Part shown: piece by piece, positions 1 through 10,638 of the stretch
How positions within the stretch are numbered: the first letter of the stretch is position 1
Layout of the letters: each line of letters opens with the position of its first letter
Origin: an uncultured Veillonellaceae bacterium
Lineage (GTDB): Bacteria; Bacillota; Negativicutes; UBA1444
Direction of reading: 5' to 3'
Length of the DNA: 42,077 bases
Assembly: GCA_964602025.1 (NCBI GenBank)
Contig: CAZRQI010000001.1
Coordinates: 1-42,077 of the forward strand
Notes under the pieces: model-generated
Told to the model about the DNA's origin: nothing
Database searches by the model: none
The model's input: only the letters and a program-made list of their open reading frames with translations
Program-made: the position numbers and the translations under genes

Positions 1-92
1 TCATTCCCGTCCTCCACCATTTGTTGAATCATGTCGCCGCGAAACAGGACCAGGGAATGGACATTTCCGCCAATCACCAGAATTCTAGCCAT
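1..92 (-). CDS. glycosyltransferase, N-terminal fragment (gene continues beyond the left window edge)
   Basis: ATG at 92..90 (minus), 19 nt after the stop of the upstream epimerase gene, with a G-rich SD just upstream. Translation MARILVIGGNVHSLVLFRGDMIQQMVEDGN fits the hhhhGG..SL..FRG.LI N-terminal pattern of GT4-type capsule/O-antigen glycosyltransferases. Absent from the ORF track because it is truncated. Confidence 0.5.
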   Translation of the reverse strand, partial: MARILVIGGNVHSLVLFRGDMIQQMVEDGN

Positions 93-111
93 CGAAGACC
101 CCCCAATCACA

Positions 112-1164
112 TCATTTGGGGCAACCAGTTTCGTGTTGCAAATACCACGCGGCGGTATTCGCCAAACCTTCCTGAACCATGTGCGTCGGACAATATCCAA
201 GCAACTGGACGGCTTTTTCGATGTCGGCATGGGAATGGCGCACATCACCGGGTAGGAATCCCCGATACTCCGGTTCCGGGCAAAGGCAGTCCGGATTCGC
301 GGTTTTCAGCAACTTTCGGATCATGGAATGCAATTCGTTGAGCGTTGTCCGCTCGCCGCAGGCAATGTTGTAAACTTGGCCGATTGCCGCCGGATTGCTG
401 GTGCAACCCGCCAGCAGGTTCGCCTGGACCACATTGTCGATGAAGCAAAAATCGCGGCTGGTTTCTCCGTCTCCGTTAATGAAAGTATTTTCCCGCCGGA
501 TCAAGCTATTAAACCACTTTGGAATGACTGCGGCATAAGCGCCGTTAGGGTTTTGGCGCCGGCCGAAAACATTGAAATACCGCAACCCAATACAGGAAAA
601 ATCGTAAAGTCGGCCAAAAACGCCTGCATATAATTCATTCAAATATTTTGTGACTGCGTAGGGTGAAAGCGGTTTCCCAATATGATCCTCAACCTTCGGA
701 AGATCGGTGCAATCCCCGTATACGGAACTGGAGGATGCGAAGACAAATCTCCCGACCTTTGCATCCCGGGCGGCGATCAGCATGTTCAAAAAGCCGTCGA
801 CATTATTTTGGTTGGTCGTCGCAGGATCGGCGACGGATCGGGATACAGAGCCCAAAGCAGCCTCCTGCAGCACGATATCGATGCCCTGACAAGCCTGCCT
901 GCAAAGAGAATCATCTCGAATATCCCCGGTGATCAGGGAAAATCGGGCGGCCTGTCCCGGAGCGACCTTGGCCAGCGCATCTTCGATATTTTCCTGAAAG
1001 CCGGTTGAAAAATTATCAATTCCCACAACAATCTGATCCAACAACAACAGGGTTTCTAACAAATTGGACCCAATAAATCCGGCAACTCCAGTCACAAGCC
1101 ATTTTCGGGGCGAATACCGCAACTGTTTCTGCAATACTTCGTAGGCGCTGGCTACAGGCTCCAA
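112..1164 (-). CDS. extended-SDR nucleotide-sugar epimerase, WbpP/TviC-like (probable UDP-GlcNAc C4-epimerase)
   Basis: 350-aa ORF with Rossmann motif [19 protein letters not shown], and the catalytic [13 protein letters not shown] (YxxxK) region. The N-terminus (..YEVLQKQL....[14 protein letters not shown]) resembles TviC/WbpP. Overlaps the upstream dehydrogenase gene by 13 nt. Confidence 0.8.
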   Translation of the reverse strand: MEPVASAYEVLQKQLRYSPRKWLVTGVAGFIGSNLLETLLLLDQIVVGIDNFSTGFQENIEDALAKVAPGQAARFSLITGDIRDDSLCRQACQGIDIVLQEAALGSVSRSVADPATTNQNNVDGFLNMLIAARDAKVGRFVFASSSSVYGDCTDLPKVEDHIGKPLSPYAVTKYLNELYAGVFGRLYDFSCIGLRYFNVFGRRQNPNGAYAAVIPKWFNSLIRRENTFINGDGETSRDFCFIDNVVQANLLAGCTSNPAAIGQVYNIACGERTTLNELHSMIRKLLKTANPDCLCPEPEYRGFLPGDVRHSHADIEKAVQLLGYCPTHMVQEGLANTAAWYLQHETGCPK

Positions 1165-2435
1165 TACCTCACCCCCATTGGCAATTTTTCCGGGTTGAAT
1201 ATGGACTTCACGTCCATGACAACGCCCTGTTGATTCTTAAGCCGGGCGACAAACTCCGGCAACCCTGCGGTTACATATTCTTTGTGGGCCACCGCTACGA
1301 TGATGGCATCCAATTGTTGCAACACCGACAAATCCCGGAGGAGAATTCCGTACTCGGACATGGCGGCCTTTTTATCCGCTGCCGGGTCATGCACCAGCGC
1401 TTCAATGCCGTAGCTTCTCAATTCATCCACAATATCCGGAACCCGGCTGTTACGGATATCCGGCACATTCTCCTTGAAAGTTAAGCCAAAAATCCCGACT
1501 TTCGCGTCCGAAACCACTACCCGTTCTTTGGCGATTTTTTTGACGGTCTGCTCAGCCACATATTTGCCCATCCCGTCGTTAATCCGTCTGCCCGCCAGGA
1601 TGACCTGGGGACTGTAGCCGATTTCTTCCGCCTTATAGGTCAAATAATAAGGATCCACGCCGATGCAGTGCCCACCGACAAGCCCCGGGGAAAAGGGCAG
1701 AAAATTCCACTTTGTATTGGCTGCCGCCAGAACATCGCGCGTACAAATCCGCATCTTTTCGAAAATAATGGCCAATTCGTTCATCAGCGCAATATTGAGA
1801 TCACGCTGCGTATTTTCGATGACTTTTGCCGCTTCCGCCACCTTGATGCTGGAAGCCCGATAAACTCCAGCGTCGACAATCGCACTATAGGCCTGGGCGA
1901 TGACTTCCAAAGTCTGCGCATCTTCCCCGGACACAACTTTAACAATGTTTTCCAATCGATGGTTTTTATCCCCCGGGCTGATGCGCTCCGGGGAATACCC
2001 GAGTTTGAAATCAACCCCTTGCTTCAGTCCGGATACCCGGGCTAATATGGGACCGCATATTTCCTCCGTAACTCCGGGATATACAGTCGATTCAAAGACC
2101 ACCACGGATCCGGGACGCAGGACACTGCCAACCACTTCCGAAGCTTTTTCTAGAGCGCCGAGATCAGGACAATTTGCTTCGTCAATCGGCGTCGGCACCG
2201 CCACCACAAAGAAATCAACCGCTTCCAGATCCCGGACCTCATTGGTAAATTTCAGGGAAGTGGATCGTAGGTCGGCGATTTCCACTTCGCCGGTATTGTC
2301 TTCGCCCTGGCGCAGGGAGTGGATTTTGGCAGGATTAATGTCAAAGCCGACTACACCGTCAAATTTTCTGGCAAATGCGATGGCGATCGGTAGTCCAACG
2401 TACCCAAGTCCAATAACACCAATCTTTCGGTTCAC
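1152..2435 (-). CDS. nucleotide-sugar 6-dehydrogenase, TviB/WbpO-like (UDP-N-acetyl-hexosamine dehydrogenase)
   Basis: NAD fold [11 protein letters not shown] and catalytic Cys context [15 protein letters not shown] place it in the UDP-glucose/GDP-mannose dehydrogenase family. GTG at 2435 with GGAGGTG about 8 nt upstream is preferred over the track start at 2444, which lies inside that SD. Confidence 0.8.
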   Translation of the reverse strand: MNRKIGVIGLGYVGLPIAIAFARKFDGVVGFDINPAKIHSLRQGEDNTGEVEIADLRSTSLKFTNEVRDLEAVDFFVVAVPTPIDEANCPDLGALEKASEVVGSVLRPGSVVVFESTVYPGVTEEICGPILARVSGLKQGVDFKLGYSPERISPGDKNHRLENIVKVVSGEDAQTLEVIAQAYSAIVDAGVYRASSIKVAEAAKVIENTQRDLNIALMNELAIIFEKMRICTRDVLAAANTKWNFLPFSPGLVGGHCIGVDPYYLTYKAEEIGYSPQVILAGRRINDGMGKYVAEQTVKKIAKERVVVSDAKVGIFGLTFKENVPDIRNSRVPDIVDELRSYGIEALVHDPAADKKAAMSEYGILLRDLSVLQQLDAIIVAVAHKEYVTAGLPEFVARLKNQQGVVMDVKSIFNPEKLPMGVRYWSL

Positions 2436-2469
2436 AAATAACACCTCCGGTTTTCCTTCAGAGATCTGA

Positions 2470-3888
2470 CTATTTTTGCGTAAAGTTCACATACTCATGA
2501 ATATTGTTTTGGAGAGATAGCTTCGTCAAATTTCCTTTTAAAACCGGATTGCTGATTGACAACCGCCGAATCTGATGGCCGGGAATATCCCAAATATAGA
2601 ACGCCGCGACGGTCTTGGAATTCACTTGTGTGGCGGCAATCACCGGGCTGTTGATGCTGACATTGCCGATCCCGCCATTTTCATTCGGACTGCTGTCCTT
2701 AAAGCTGTATATGTCGATCGCTGCCCCCGGACGGCTCTGATTCACGTCGGATATGGCAGCGGCATTGATCTGGATGTGGAAAGAACGATGATCATGTCCC
2801 TGGATGGCGATTGCATTCCGGCGGGTATTTTTCCATTCCGGTTGATCGATAAAAACCTCGCCGGGAATAATGCCTTTGGTGGAAATCTGCATGCCGCGAT
2901 CGCTGCCTTCATCCCGGTGATTCAGGATACGGATGCCGAGAGGATGGGGCGTGCCGGCCAAGGCTCCCGAACTGATGATAATTCCCGCTCCTTGATTTCC
3001 CGCCGTGGTTAAATCCCGGATGATGATATTTTCCAACACATTCCGCGGGTTGTTGGGTTCGATGTCCATGCCTGCCGCGGGCGCAGTCCCATTGGTATTT
3101 GTAAAACTGGCGTCGACGATCTCTATACTTTTTCCGCTGATCAGCGACAACCCCTGACGGCGGTTCCGATCCGCTTTGATGTCAACCAGTCGGATATTTT
3201 CGCTTGGCTTGCCCGTTGCCGTTTCGCCGATATAAAATCCGTCACCCCAAAATTCATTGCAGGTCGTCCCTTGAACAACAATATTTTTCGCGCCGGTAAT
3301 GCGAATCCCCATGCCCCATTCACCGGTTATCCCGAAGTGTTGCCGGCGATCGCCGATGAGAACGCCGCCAAGAATCCGGACATTCTCGACGCCGTTTACT
3401 GTGAGCACTGCATACCGCGCAGCAGAATTGGGGATCACGCGCAGGATGGTGTCCGGGGTCATTTGCACGGTAATGCCGCTTTTTAACGTCAATGATTGAA
3501 CCGCATCAATTTTATATTCTCCCGGCGGAATAAAAACGGTTGTAGTTTTTGTCCCGGCAGCATCGATCGCGGCCTGAATCGCCGCCGTATCGTTGTGCTC
3601 TCCATCGCCTCGAGCGCCAAAAGACTTCACATTGATAACATCCGCGGCAATAATGGATTCCGTTCCCCCATCCATCGCGGTCGGATTCCGGGACGCCGTC
3701 ATTTTTTTCCCGGCCGGATTCGAATACGTCACGCCAAAAACATTGCTTTCTTTCCACCAAACAATCCCCGCAATAGCAAGCAAAAAAGCAATCATCATAT
3801 ACAAACCAACTTTTGACGACGATTTCTCCCGCAAATTCAAGGTTCCAACCTCCAAGCTCGCCTGCATTCCGAAATTTTTATCAAACAA
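2470..3888 (-). CDS. membrane-anchored right-handed beta-helix protein (pectate-lyase-superfamily / tailspike-like); candidate polysaccharide lyase, hydrolase or epimerase
   Basis: N-terminal TM segment GLYMMIAFLLAIAGIVWW, followed by INVKSFGARGDGEHNDTAAIQAAIDAA, the hallmark start of Pectate_lyase_3-type beta-helix domains. Repetitive G..I/V..N coil pattern. Start is uncertain: TTG 3888 overlaps the GT4 stop, and ATG 3867 is the alternative. Confidence 0.65.
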   Translation of the reverse strand: MFDKNFGMQASLEVGTLNLREKSSSKVGLYMMIAFLLAIAGIVWWKESNVFGVTYSNPAGKKMTASRNPTAMDGGTESIIAADVINVKSFGARGDGEHNDTAAIQAAIDAAGTKTTTVFIPPGEYKIDAVQSLTLKSGITVQMTPDTILRVIPNSAARYAVLTVNGVENVRILGGVLIGDRRQHFGITGEWGMGIRITGAKNIVVQGTTCNEFWGDGFYIGETATGKPSENIRLVDIKADRNRRQGLSLISGKSIEIVDASFTNTNGTAPAAGMDIEPNNPRNVLENIIIRDLTTAGNQGAGIIISSGALAGTPHPLGIRILNHRDEGSDRGMQISTKGIIPGEVFIDQPEWKNTRRNAIAIQGHDHRSFHIQINAAAISDVNQSRPGAAIDIYSFKDSSPNENGGIGNVSINSPVIAATQVNSKTVAAFYIWDIPGHQIRRLSISNPVLKGNLTKLSLQNNIHEYVNFTQK

Positions 3889-5101
3889 TACAATCTCTGT
3901 AAACTTTATTGGAATCCGGACCCGAAACCGCTTGGCAATAGTTGGCGAACTTCAACCAAAAATTCCGTCGAACTTCGCCCAGCACCTCGCCGTCATATTC
4001 CGCGGTACGCCGAAAATTCTTTTGGGCTTGCTCAACCCGCCAGTCTTTATTTGTGAGGGCATTGACCAACAGTCGGGCCAGTCCAGTGACGTCCTCCGGT
4101 TTATGAAGGCACTGCGAGTCCAGGAGTTCAGGAATCCCGCCAACATTTGACCCCAATGCCGGACAACCCCGGCTCATCGCTTCCACCAACGCCCGGGGCA
4201 AGCCTTCGACCCGGCTGGGCTGGATATACAAGTCGACTTCATCCAACCAATGGTTTACGGCCGCGCCGTTGGCCAGCGTACCGCAAAATACGGTTTGTGA
4301 ACCGACTCCGCACTCTTCGGCCAAAGCTTGCCATCGCTCGGGATCTCCGCCGCCAAGAATCCTGAATTCGAACGGCGGCAGTTGTTTCTTGCTCCTTCCC
4401 AAAGCCCGCAGGGCGGTATCGACTCCCTTATGGGAATGTACAAGGGATCCAATCAGACCAATTTTGAAAACCGGAACGACGCCTTCCATTCTCTTCAGAC
4501 GCTGGGTCAATAACTTCTCATCCCGTTTTTCCAGTTGCACATCCGAACAGCCGACGGAATAACCGGGACAGGGATAACGGTGTTGCAGGAATCTTTGCGT
4601 CACGTAGATCGCAAAGGGCGCCTTGCCAATCATTCTTCGGTTCATGGTGGCCGCCAATGGCGCATATAATTTCCCCTGCCAGTTGCCATAATTCCATAAC
4701 GAGTCGAACGCGCATCCCACGACTTCCACCGCCCACGGTTTCTTCAGTTGCATGCCGATTCCCGCCGCCAGTTGACCAATGGCGCTGGTTCGGATAATAA
4801 CGGCATCACAGGTTTGCATCGCCGTCCGGATTCTGGCCGCCACTTCCTGCCGCCGAAAAATCAGGGAACACGGATCGCTGAGTGAAGGCACTTCCACGAA
4901 GCTTACGCCCGGACCGCTCGACAAATCCAGTGATTGAACGGTCTCCCCTGAACGCAATGGCCTTAATCGGCCAACGACCACCAATTCGTCAAAAATCTCC
5001 AGATACCGCCGCCAAATCCGGTAGGGGAATTGACCGGAAGAATAGTACTTGCCTGTTTCGTCGCGAACAAACTTGTGTTCGTGAACAAACATCGCTCTCA
5101 T
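3881..5101 (-). CDS. glycosyltransferase family 4 (GT-B, retaining)
   Basis: 406 aa. The C-terminal E-x7-E region PSRVEGLPRALVEAMSRGCPALGSNVGGIPELL is typical of Glycos_transf_1. ATG at 5101 lies 2 nt after the Wzy-like stop. Confidence 0.8.
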   Translation of the reverse strand: MRAMFVHEHKFVRDETGKYYSSGQFPYRIWRRYLEIFDELVVVGRLRPLRSGETVQSLDLSSGPGVSFVEVPSLSDPCSLIFRRQEVAARIRTAMQTCDAVIIRTSAIGQLAAGIGMQLKKPWAVEVVGCAFDSLWNYGNWQGKLYAPLAATMNRRMIGKAPFAIYVTQRFLQHRYPCPGYSVGCSDVQLEKRDEKLLTQRLKRMEGVVPVFKIGLIGSLVHSHKGVDTALRALGRSKKQLPPFEFRILGGGDPERWQALAEECGVGSQTVFCGTLANGAAVNHWLDEVDLYIQPSRVEGLPRALVEAMSRGCPALGSNVGGIPELLDSQCLHKPEDVTGLARLLVNALTNKDWRVEQAQKNFRRTAEYDGEVLGEVRRNFWLKFANYCQAVSGPDSNKVYRDCIV

Positions 5102-5103
5102 TT

Positions 5104-6372
5104 CTACTGCATCCCCTGTCGCGGATGCCCCAGTCGCAGGTATTGCCCCTGGTTAATAAGGATGCCGGCCATCAGCAAAAACGAAATGTTGATGCCGTTT
5201 CCCAGCGTTCCAAATACGTTCTCAGTCAGTCCCATCACCAGATAGTTCACGACAACCAACAATGGGCCGATGGAATACCCGTCAAATTTAATCGCAACCG
5301 ACACTCGACGCAACGCCATCATCAGAGTTGTCAAATGAACCGCCAACATAAACGCCATGGCGATCGGCCCTTTTGTCGCCAGAATCATCATGTAAGTATT
5401 GTGGGCCGGCTGCTCACCTAATATGTTGCTGCCCAATCCCATCAGTTGCGCGTGGGTCAGGACCAGTCTCCATATGTATATACGTCCGCCGGTCGTATCG
5501 TCCTGGGCAATTTTGGTGAGGAATTTGTTGGTCAAGTATTCGACGAAACCGGTTGCGGAAGCATTCATGGCAACACTTCCCAGAATAAACAGGAGGATTC
5601 CGAAAACCCCGGCGATCGACAGGGCGATCAAATACCGGTTGCGCGACATATTCACAAACAGGGAGGCGAAAAAAATCAGGCACATGATGCTGAACGTCAC
5701 CAGACTCGTTCGGGATCCGCTTAAAAAAATCAGCACCAACGAGCCGGCCAATATCCCCACCAGCATTGCCTTCCATAGCAAATTCGCCAGTGAAAACTCC
5801 CGTTGATCCAAGGATCCCCGCAACAGCGCAAGAATTGCCGCCGACATCGTTGAAACAATCATTCCAAACATGTTTGCGTTCAAAAACACTCCGTTATAAG
5901 GAGTAAAGAACGGCACCTTAATGAGAGAAACGATAATATAGGGCGCAAAAGCCAGAATGATGGCAAACAGGACGATTTTATCGCCAAACCGGCTGACACT
6001 CCGGGGAAACAGCGTGAACAGGATGAGCGGCACACCAATGGATTGCCACACTTCCGGCAACAGGGAATCCCGGTGAAGCAGCGCCGAAATCACAGATGTC
6101 AGGGCGAAGCCGGTCCAACAGGCCAATGCCAGCAGCCGTCCTGTCGAAAACTTGCCAATCCGCAAACCCGACAGCAAAAACATCAGCGCCACAATCGCCG
6201 CAGCCGCCGGCAGTCGAAAAAACGGCGGCGACGATGGCGGGAACAATGCGGATGAAGAGAGCACGCCCATTAAACCGGCGGCCAGGCCGGTCATAAAGAG
6301 CTTGTGAAATCCGAATCCCGCTTGGTCGTTTACTTGCGGATAGGCGCCATAGGTGGCTTCCATCGTTTTCAT
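5104..6372 (-). CDS. O-antigen/EPS polymerase, Wzy-like (O-antigen ligase family membrane protein)
   Basis: 422 aa and almost entirely hydrophobic, with about 10 or more TM segments. Contains the LSGSRTSL motif typical of the Wzy_C/O-antigen ligase family. Embedded between GT genes. Confidence 0.65.
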   Translation of the reverse strand: MKTMEATYGAYPQVNDQAGFGFHKLFMTGLAAGLMGVLSSSALFPPSSPPFFRLPAAAAIVALMFLLSGLRIGKFSTGRLLALACWTGFALTSVISALLHRDSLLPEVWQSIGVPLILFTLFPRSVSRFGDKIVLFAIILAFAPYIIVSLIKVPFFTPYNGVFLNANMFGMIVSTMSAAILALLRGSLDQREFSLANLLWKAMLVGILAGSLVLIFLSGSRTSLVTFSIMCLIFFASLFVNMSRNRYLIALSIAGVFGILLFILGSVAMNASATGFVEYLTNKFLTKIAQDDTTGGRIYIWRLVLTHAQLMGLGSNILGEQPAHNTYMMILATKGPIAMAFMLAVHLTTLMMALRRVSVAIKFDGYSIGPLLVVVNYLVMGLTENVFGTLGNGINISFLLMAGILINQGQYLRLGHPRQGMQ

Positions 6373-6373
6373 A

Positions 6374-7378
6374 TTATGCTCCCCCTCCAGTTGTCTTTGA
6401 ACGCAAACTATATTTTGCAGCTAAATTTGACAGTTGTTGCTTCATCAGCCGAAATTGGGTCAGTGTCTGCGGTCCTGCAAGTCCGGCCAGCGTAATCGCC
6501 CAGCCGCTGACATCGCCGGGGTAGGACAGCAGATAGCCGATTCCCAGGCGGCTTCCCCGCCAGCGCTTGCCGGCAAAAAACGCGGCCAGCAGTTGCATTT
6601 TGCGATACAGTTGATAGCGCTTGGGGCCATGAATCGCCAAGGCCTTGCCGTGTCGCGCCAGAAGACGGTCAAACGCCGCCAAATGATCCGGCGCATCCCG
6701 GGTTATTTTTTCGGCCTCCGGTTTCGCCCCGGCGGCGGAAATCCGATTGGTGCTGTCCAAATGGACAAAGCCGGTGATTTCCGGAACCAGATGGATTTTA
6801 AATTTTTGCGTAAAATCCAGAAGATAGGGACTTTCATAAGCCCGGCTATCCGGAAATTTAACATATTCGAAAGTGGAACGCCTCGTACACTGCATCCAAT
6901 CCGTCAGATTCAATCCTTCACAAAACGACATGAAACCGGTATAGTCCAACAAGCATTCCTGCGGCAGCGGCTCCGGCGAAATCCTGCCATCGTCCCGTTC
7001 CAGCAAGAATCCCAACTGGCCGATTTCCTCCGGACACACCCGGGCATATTTCCACATCGTATGCAGGGCGCCCGGCGCCAAAACATCGTCACTGTCCAGA
7101 AACACCACCCACTCGCCCCGGCTGTTGGCACTGCCCGTATTCCGGGCCGGACACACGTTTCGATTGACGGGATGCCGGATGAGCCGTAGCCGGGCGTCCG
7201 GAATATCAGCTACCACTGTCGCGGTATTGTCGGTAGACGCATCATCCACAACCAACACTTCGATGTCCTGAAAGGATTGATTCAGGCAACTGTCGAGAGC
7301 CCGAACGATTTCGGTTTCCCGATTAAACGCCGGAATTACAATGCTGAAATAGGGATTGGCCGAATTGATGTGCGTCAT
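6374..7378 (-). CDS. glycosyltransferase family 2
   Basis: FSIVIPAFNRE..., VLVVDDASTDNT and FLDSDD (DxD) motifs of GT-A family 2 enzymes. Confidence 0.85.
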   Translation of the reverse strand: MTHINSANPYFSIVIPAFNRETEIVRALDSCLNQSFQDIEVLVVDDASTDNTATVVADIPDARLRLIRHPVNRNVCPARNTGSANSRGEWVVFLDSDDVLAPGALHTMWKYARVCPEEIGQLGFLLERDDGRISPEPLPQECLLDYTGFMSFCEGLNLTDWMQCTRRSTFEYVKFPDSRAYESPYLLDFTQKFKIHLVPEITGFVHLDSTNRISAAGAKPEAEKITRDAPDHLAAFDRLLARHGKALAIHGPKRYQLYRKMQLLAAFFAGKRWRGSRLGIGYLLSYPGDVSGWAITLAGLAGPQTLTQFRLMKQQLSNLAAKYSLRSKTTGGGA

Positions 7379-7396
7379 CGGATGTCTTCCTCCAGA

Positions 7397-8710
7397 TCAG
7401 ATGTGAACGTAGCCCAGTTCGTTTGTTTTCTTGATCCGATAGCCAACAAAAACATACAATCCAAGCGAAGCAATATGGGCTGCCAGATAAGCGGCCGCCA
7501 GGCCCAGCGCTCCGAAACTTCCCACGGTAAGGTAAGTCACTGTCGTTAAAATCAGGCTCCAACAGAGTATGACCCGAACCTGCCACCAAATCCGTCCATA
7601 TGCCAACAACGGTTGATACAGCGTGTTTGCCATCACTTCCACGATGGACACGATAGCGACAAGGCTGGCCACCTCTGCACCGCCGACGAATCTTTTCCCG
7701 AACAACGCCAAGAGTTCCGGCGCCATCAAGATAATTGCTCCCGCTACACAGGAGGAGGCAATCGCCGAGATCAGGACATTGATCTTAAAAATACGCGAGG
7801 ATGCCGAATACATTTTTTCGCCGACTAGGTTGCACAAAATTGGGGTTGCGACGCGGATCACCAGGCCAGGCACAAACATGACGAGCGACCGGAAAGACCC
7901 TGCTGCCGTAAATATGGCCATTTGCGCCATTCCTTCCGGCTGTCGGACCAGAAACGCATTGCAGCTCCAAACGGTCACCGCCCCGATCATTCCGGAAAAA
8001 GCCACCGGCAACGCGAAATTTGTCAACACTGACTTCTCCTGAAAAATCCCCTGATATGTTGCGGCGATCTGATATTTCGCCAGTTGTTTTCGAATTTCCA
8101 ACCGATTCAGGTACCAGTTCAGCACTCCGGACAGGCCCAGCGCCCAGGCGGCGCCCGTCAACCCCCACAAAAAGGCGAGCACAGAGATCAGCAACAGACT
8201 GCCCACCGCCTGGATGGCATTGATCCGGGCCAGCTTCGCGAAAGATTCAAACCCCGCCAACACGCCATTCTGATATTCATTCAGTGTGACAAAGAAGATA
8301 TAGATGGAAGAAATCCGCAATGGTCCGGCCAATTGTCCCGAATTGAAGCTGGTGGTGGCAATCTCCTCAGCCAGCAGCAACAGCGCCAGTGCGAACAGCC
8401 CACTGGTCACGAGAGTGATGGAGGAACACAGTCCCAAGATTCTTCCCAGTCGTTCCGGAGTCGTGTTGCGAAGTTCAGCCACATATTTTGTCGCGGCTAC
8501 GCCGATTCCCATTGCCGCGATATTGGCCATCATGATCGCCGTACTCCGGATGATCGAAAACTCGCCAAACTCCTCCAACCCCAACAGTCTTGCCGCGATC
8601 ACCGAAGAAGCCAAATGACTTGCCGACACCACAACCGCTACTACCGCCGTCCATTTGATGCCGGAAATAAGCCGGCCCCTGATGCCCGCAACATTCCTGT
8701 CGTTGTTCAA
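7397..8710 (-). CDS. polysaccharide flippase, Wzx-like (MOP superfamily)
   Basis: 437 aa, multi-TM. N-terminal pattern ISGIKWTAVV...IAARLLGLEEFGEFSII is typical of polysaccharide biosynthesis (PST) flippases. Confidence 0.7.
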   Translation of the reverse strand: MNNDRNVAGIRGRLISGIKWTAVVAVVVSASHLASSVIAARLLGLEEFGEFSIIRSTAIMMANIAAMGIGVAATKYVAELRNTTPERLGRILGLCSSITLVTSGLFALALLLLAEEIATTSFNSGQLAGPLRISSIYIFFVTLNEYQNGVLAGFESFAKLARINAIQAVGSLLLISVLAFLWGLTGAAWALGLSGVLNWYLNRLEIRKQLAKYQIAATYQGIFQEKSVLTNFALPVAFSGMIGAVTVWSCNAFLVRQPEGMAQMAIFTAAGSFRSLVMFVPGLVIRVATPILCNLVGEKMYSASSRIFKINVLISAIASSCVAGAIILMAPELLALFGKRFVGGAEVASLVAIVSIVEVMANTLYQPLLAYGRIWWQVRVILCWSLILTTVTYLTVGSFGALGLAAAYLAAHIASLGLYVFVGYRIKKTNELGYVHI

Positions 8711-10620
8711 AGCGCCTCCTCGGGAACCATTTTCCCCTCACCCGTCGTCAACGCTTCCTTGCCTTCGATCAGACGCAACCGCCGTACCCTGGAGCCTTGG
8801 TACGTGGGAACCAACTTTGCCAAAAGATTGACGATTTTATCCGGATCTTCGATATTTCTCAAAGCTGCCAAACTTTCATACAATTTTTCTTCATCCACTT
8901 TTCTCAGATTGGTCACAAAAATTTTTTCATGCTTGGTTGCCGAACTCCCCTCTTCCGCCGTCAACAACTCTTCAAACAATTTTTCGCCGGGCCGCAAGCC
9001 AGTATATTCAATTTTTATGTCCTTGTGGGGAACCAAACCGGTCAGTTCAATCAAGTGGCAGGCCAAATCCACGATCTTGATCGGCTCCCCCATGTCAAGG
9101 ACAAACACTTCGCCGCCCCTCGCCATGGCTCCGGCCTGGAGAACCAGTTGCGAAGCTTCCGGAATCGTCATGAAGTAGCGGCACATGTCAGGGTGCGTGA
9201 TCGTGATGGCCTCGCCTTTGGCGATCTGTTTGCGAAACAGTTGAACCACGCTGCCCCGACTGCCCAGTACGTTGCCGAATCGCACCGCGGCGAATTTTGT
9301 CGCGCTTTTTCCGTTCATGGAACAAATGACCATCTCCGCCACCCGTTTGGTTACCCCCATGACGCTGGAAGGGTTAATGGCTTTATCTGTGGACACCATG
9401 ACAAAACATTCGGCTTCCACGGCAATCGCGGCTCTGGCTACAGTCATCGTCCCGAAAATATTATTCTGAACCGCCTCTACCGGTTGGCTCTCCATTAAAG
9501 GAACATGTTTGTGTGCGGCGGCGTGAAAGACGATTTCCGGACGTCGTTCGGCGAAAATGCTGCGGATGCGTTTTTCATCACGAACATCCGCAATAATCGG
9601 CTCAATTTCCAAGTGCGGATACAACCTTTGCAATTCGCGTTCAATTTCAAAAATATTGTTTTCACTCTTTCCCAACAAATACAATTTAGCCGGCAACATC
9701 TTGGCGACCTGGCGGGAGATCTCCGATCCGATGGAGCCGCCGGCGCCGGTGATCAACACCCTTTTTTGCCGAAATTGCGTTCGCATCAGGGCGATGTCCA
9801 GTTTGATCGGTTCCCGGTGCAGCAAATCCTCCAAATTGACATCCCGCAACTGGCGAATGGTGACCATCCCGTCAATAACCTCATGGAGCGCCGGGACAAT
9901 TTTGACTTTGCTTTTCGTACTGCGGCACATTTTTACAATTTCCCGGACGAGCATACTACGGGCCGAGGGGATGGCGACAATGATTTCATCGATTCCATGC
10001 TGCGTGACGATTTTTTCAATTTCATAACGCCCGCCCAGCACTTTTACTCCATTCAGTATGCAACCCAATTTCTTCGGGTCATCGTCGATGAATCCGACAA
10101 TTTTCTTGTTGGCGCCATAATGGGCACGGATTTCCTTTACAATCCAGGATCCCACATCGCCAGCGCCAAAGATCAAAACTTTTTCGGGGCGGCCGAGAAA
10201 TGCGAGACATTTGTTCGAAGCAATTCTTACCGACAGCCGAATTCCGCCAATCAGTGCAACTTCCAACAACCCGCAGAGGATATAGAGACTTCGCGGCAAA
10301 CCAATCCCCGCCGCCTGGGCCAGAAGGTACAACGACAGTTGCGCCAGCGTCGCCGCCCCGACGATCGACAGCAATTCATGAACGCCGGCATATTTCCATA
10401 CCCGCCGGTAAAGCTGGAGGGCAAAAAAGGCAAGAAAGTGGACCGCCAGAAGCACCGGCAGATAATGGATAATGGTTTCCAAATACACGCCTCCGGCAAT
10501 ATCGTCCACACGCAGATATAATGCGATGAAGGGGCTGACGGCAAAAACCGTTGCATCAGCAACCATCAGGCATAAGCGGTTTATTTTTTGTCGCACCTGA
10601 ATTCGCCTGCCTTTTCTCAT
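8707..10620 (-). CDS. membrane-bound nucleotide-sugar 4,6-dehydratase, CapD/PglF/WbpM family
   Basis: 637 aa. About 4 N-terminal TM segments and two Rossmann motifs (IFGAGDVGS; VLITGAGGSIGSEI). MVSTDKAINPSSVMGVTKRVAE is the CapD/PglF catalytic region. Confidence 0.85.
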   Translation of the reverse strand: MRKGRRIQVRQKINRLCLMVADATVFAVSPFIALYLRVDDIAGGVYLETIIHYLPVLLAVHFLAFFALQLYRRVWKYAGVHELLSIVGAATLAQLSLYLLAQAAGIGLPRSLYILCGLLEVALIGGIRLSVRIASNKCLAFLGRPEKVLIFGAGDVGSWIVKEIRAHYGANKKIVGFIDDDPKKLGCILNGVKVLGGRYEIEKIVTQHGIDEIIVAIPSARSMLVREIVKMCRSTKSKVKIVPALHEVIDGMVTIRQLRDVNLEDLLHREPIKLDIALMRTQFRQKRVLITGAGGSIGSEISRQVAKMLPAKLYLLGKSENNIFEIERELQRLYPHLEIEPIIADVRDEKRIRSIFAERRPEIVFHAAAHKHVPLMESQPVEAVQNNIFGTMTVARAAIAVEAECFVMVSTDKAINPSSVMGVTKRVAEMVICSMNGKSATKFAAVRFGNVLGSRGSVVQLFRKQIAKGEAITITHPDMCRYFMTIPEASQLVLQAGAMARGGEVFVLDMGEPIKIVDLACHLIELTGLVPHKDIKIEYTGLRPGEKLFEELLTAEEGSSATKHEKIFVTNLRKVDEEKLYESLAALRNIEDPDKIVNLLAKLVPTYQGSRVRRLRLIEGKEALTTGEGKMVPEEAL

Positions 10621-10638
10621 CTGGTCGCCTGGTATCCC

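Noticed and set aside
8084-10521. Long plus-strand ORFs (364 aa at 8084..9178; 338 aa at 9505..10521) opposite the Wzx and CapD genes
   Set aside because: These are shadow frames of strongly supported minus-strand genes, with low-complexity R/Q/P-rich translations and no family motifs.
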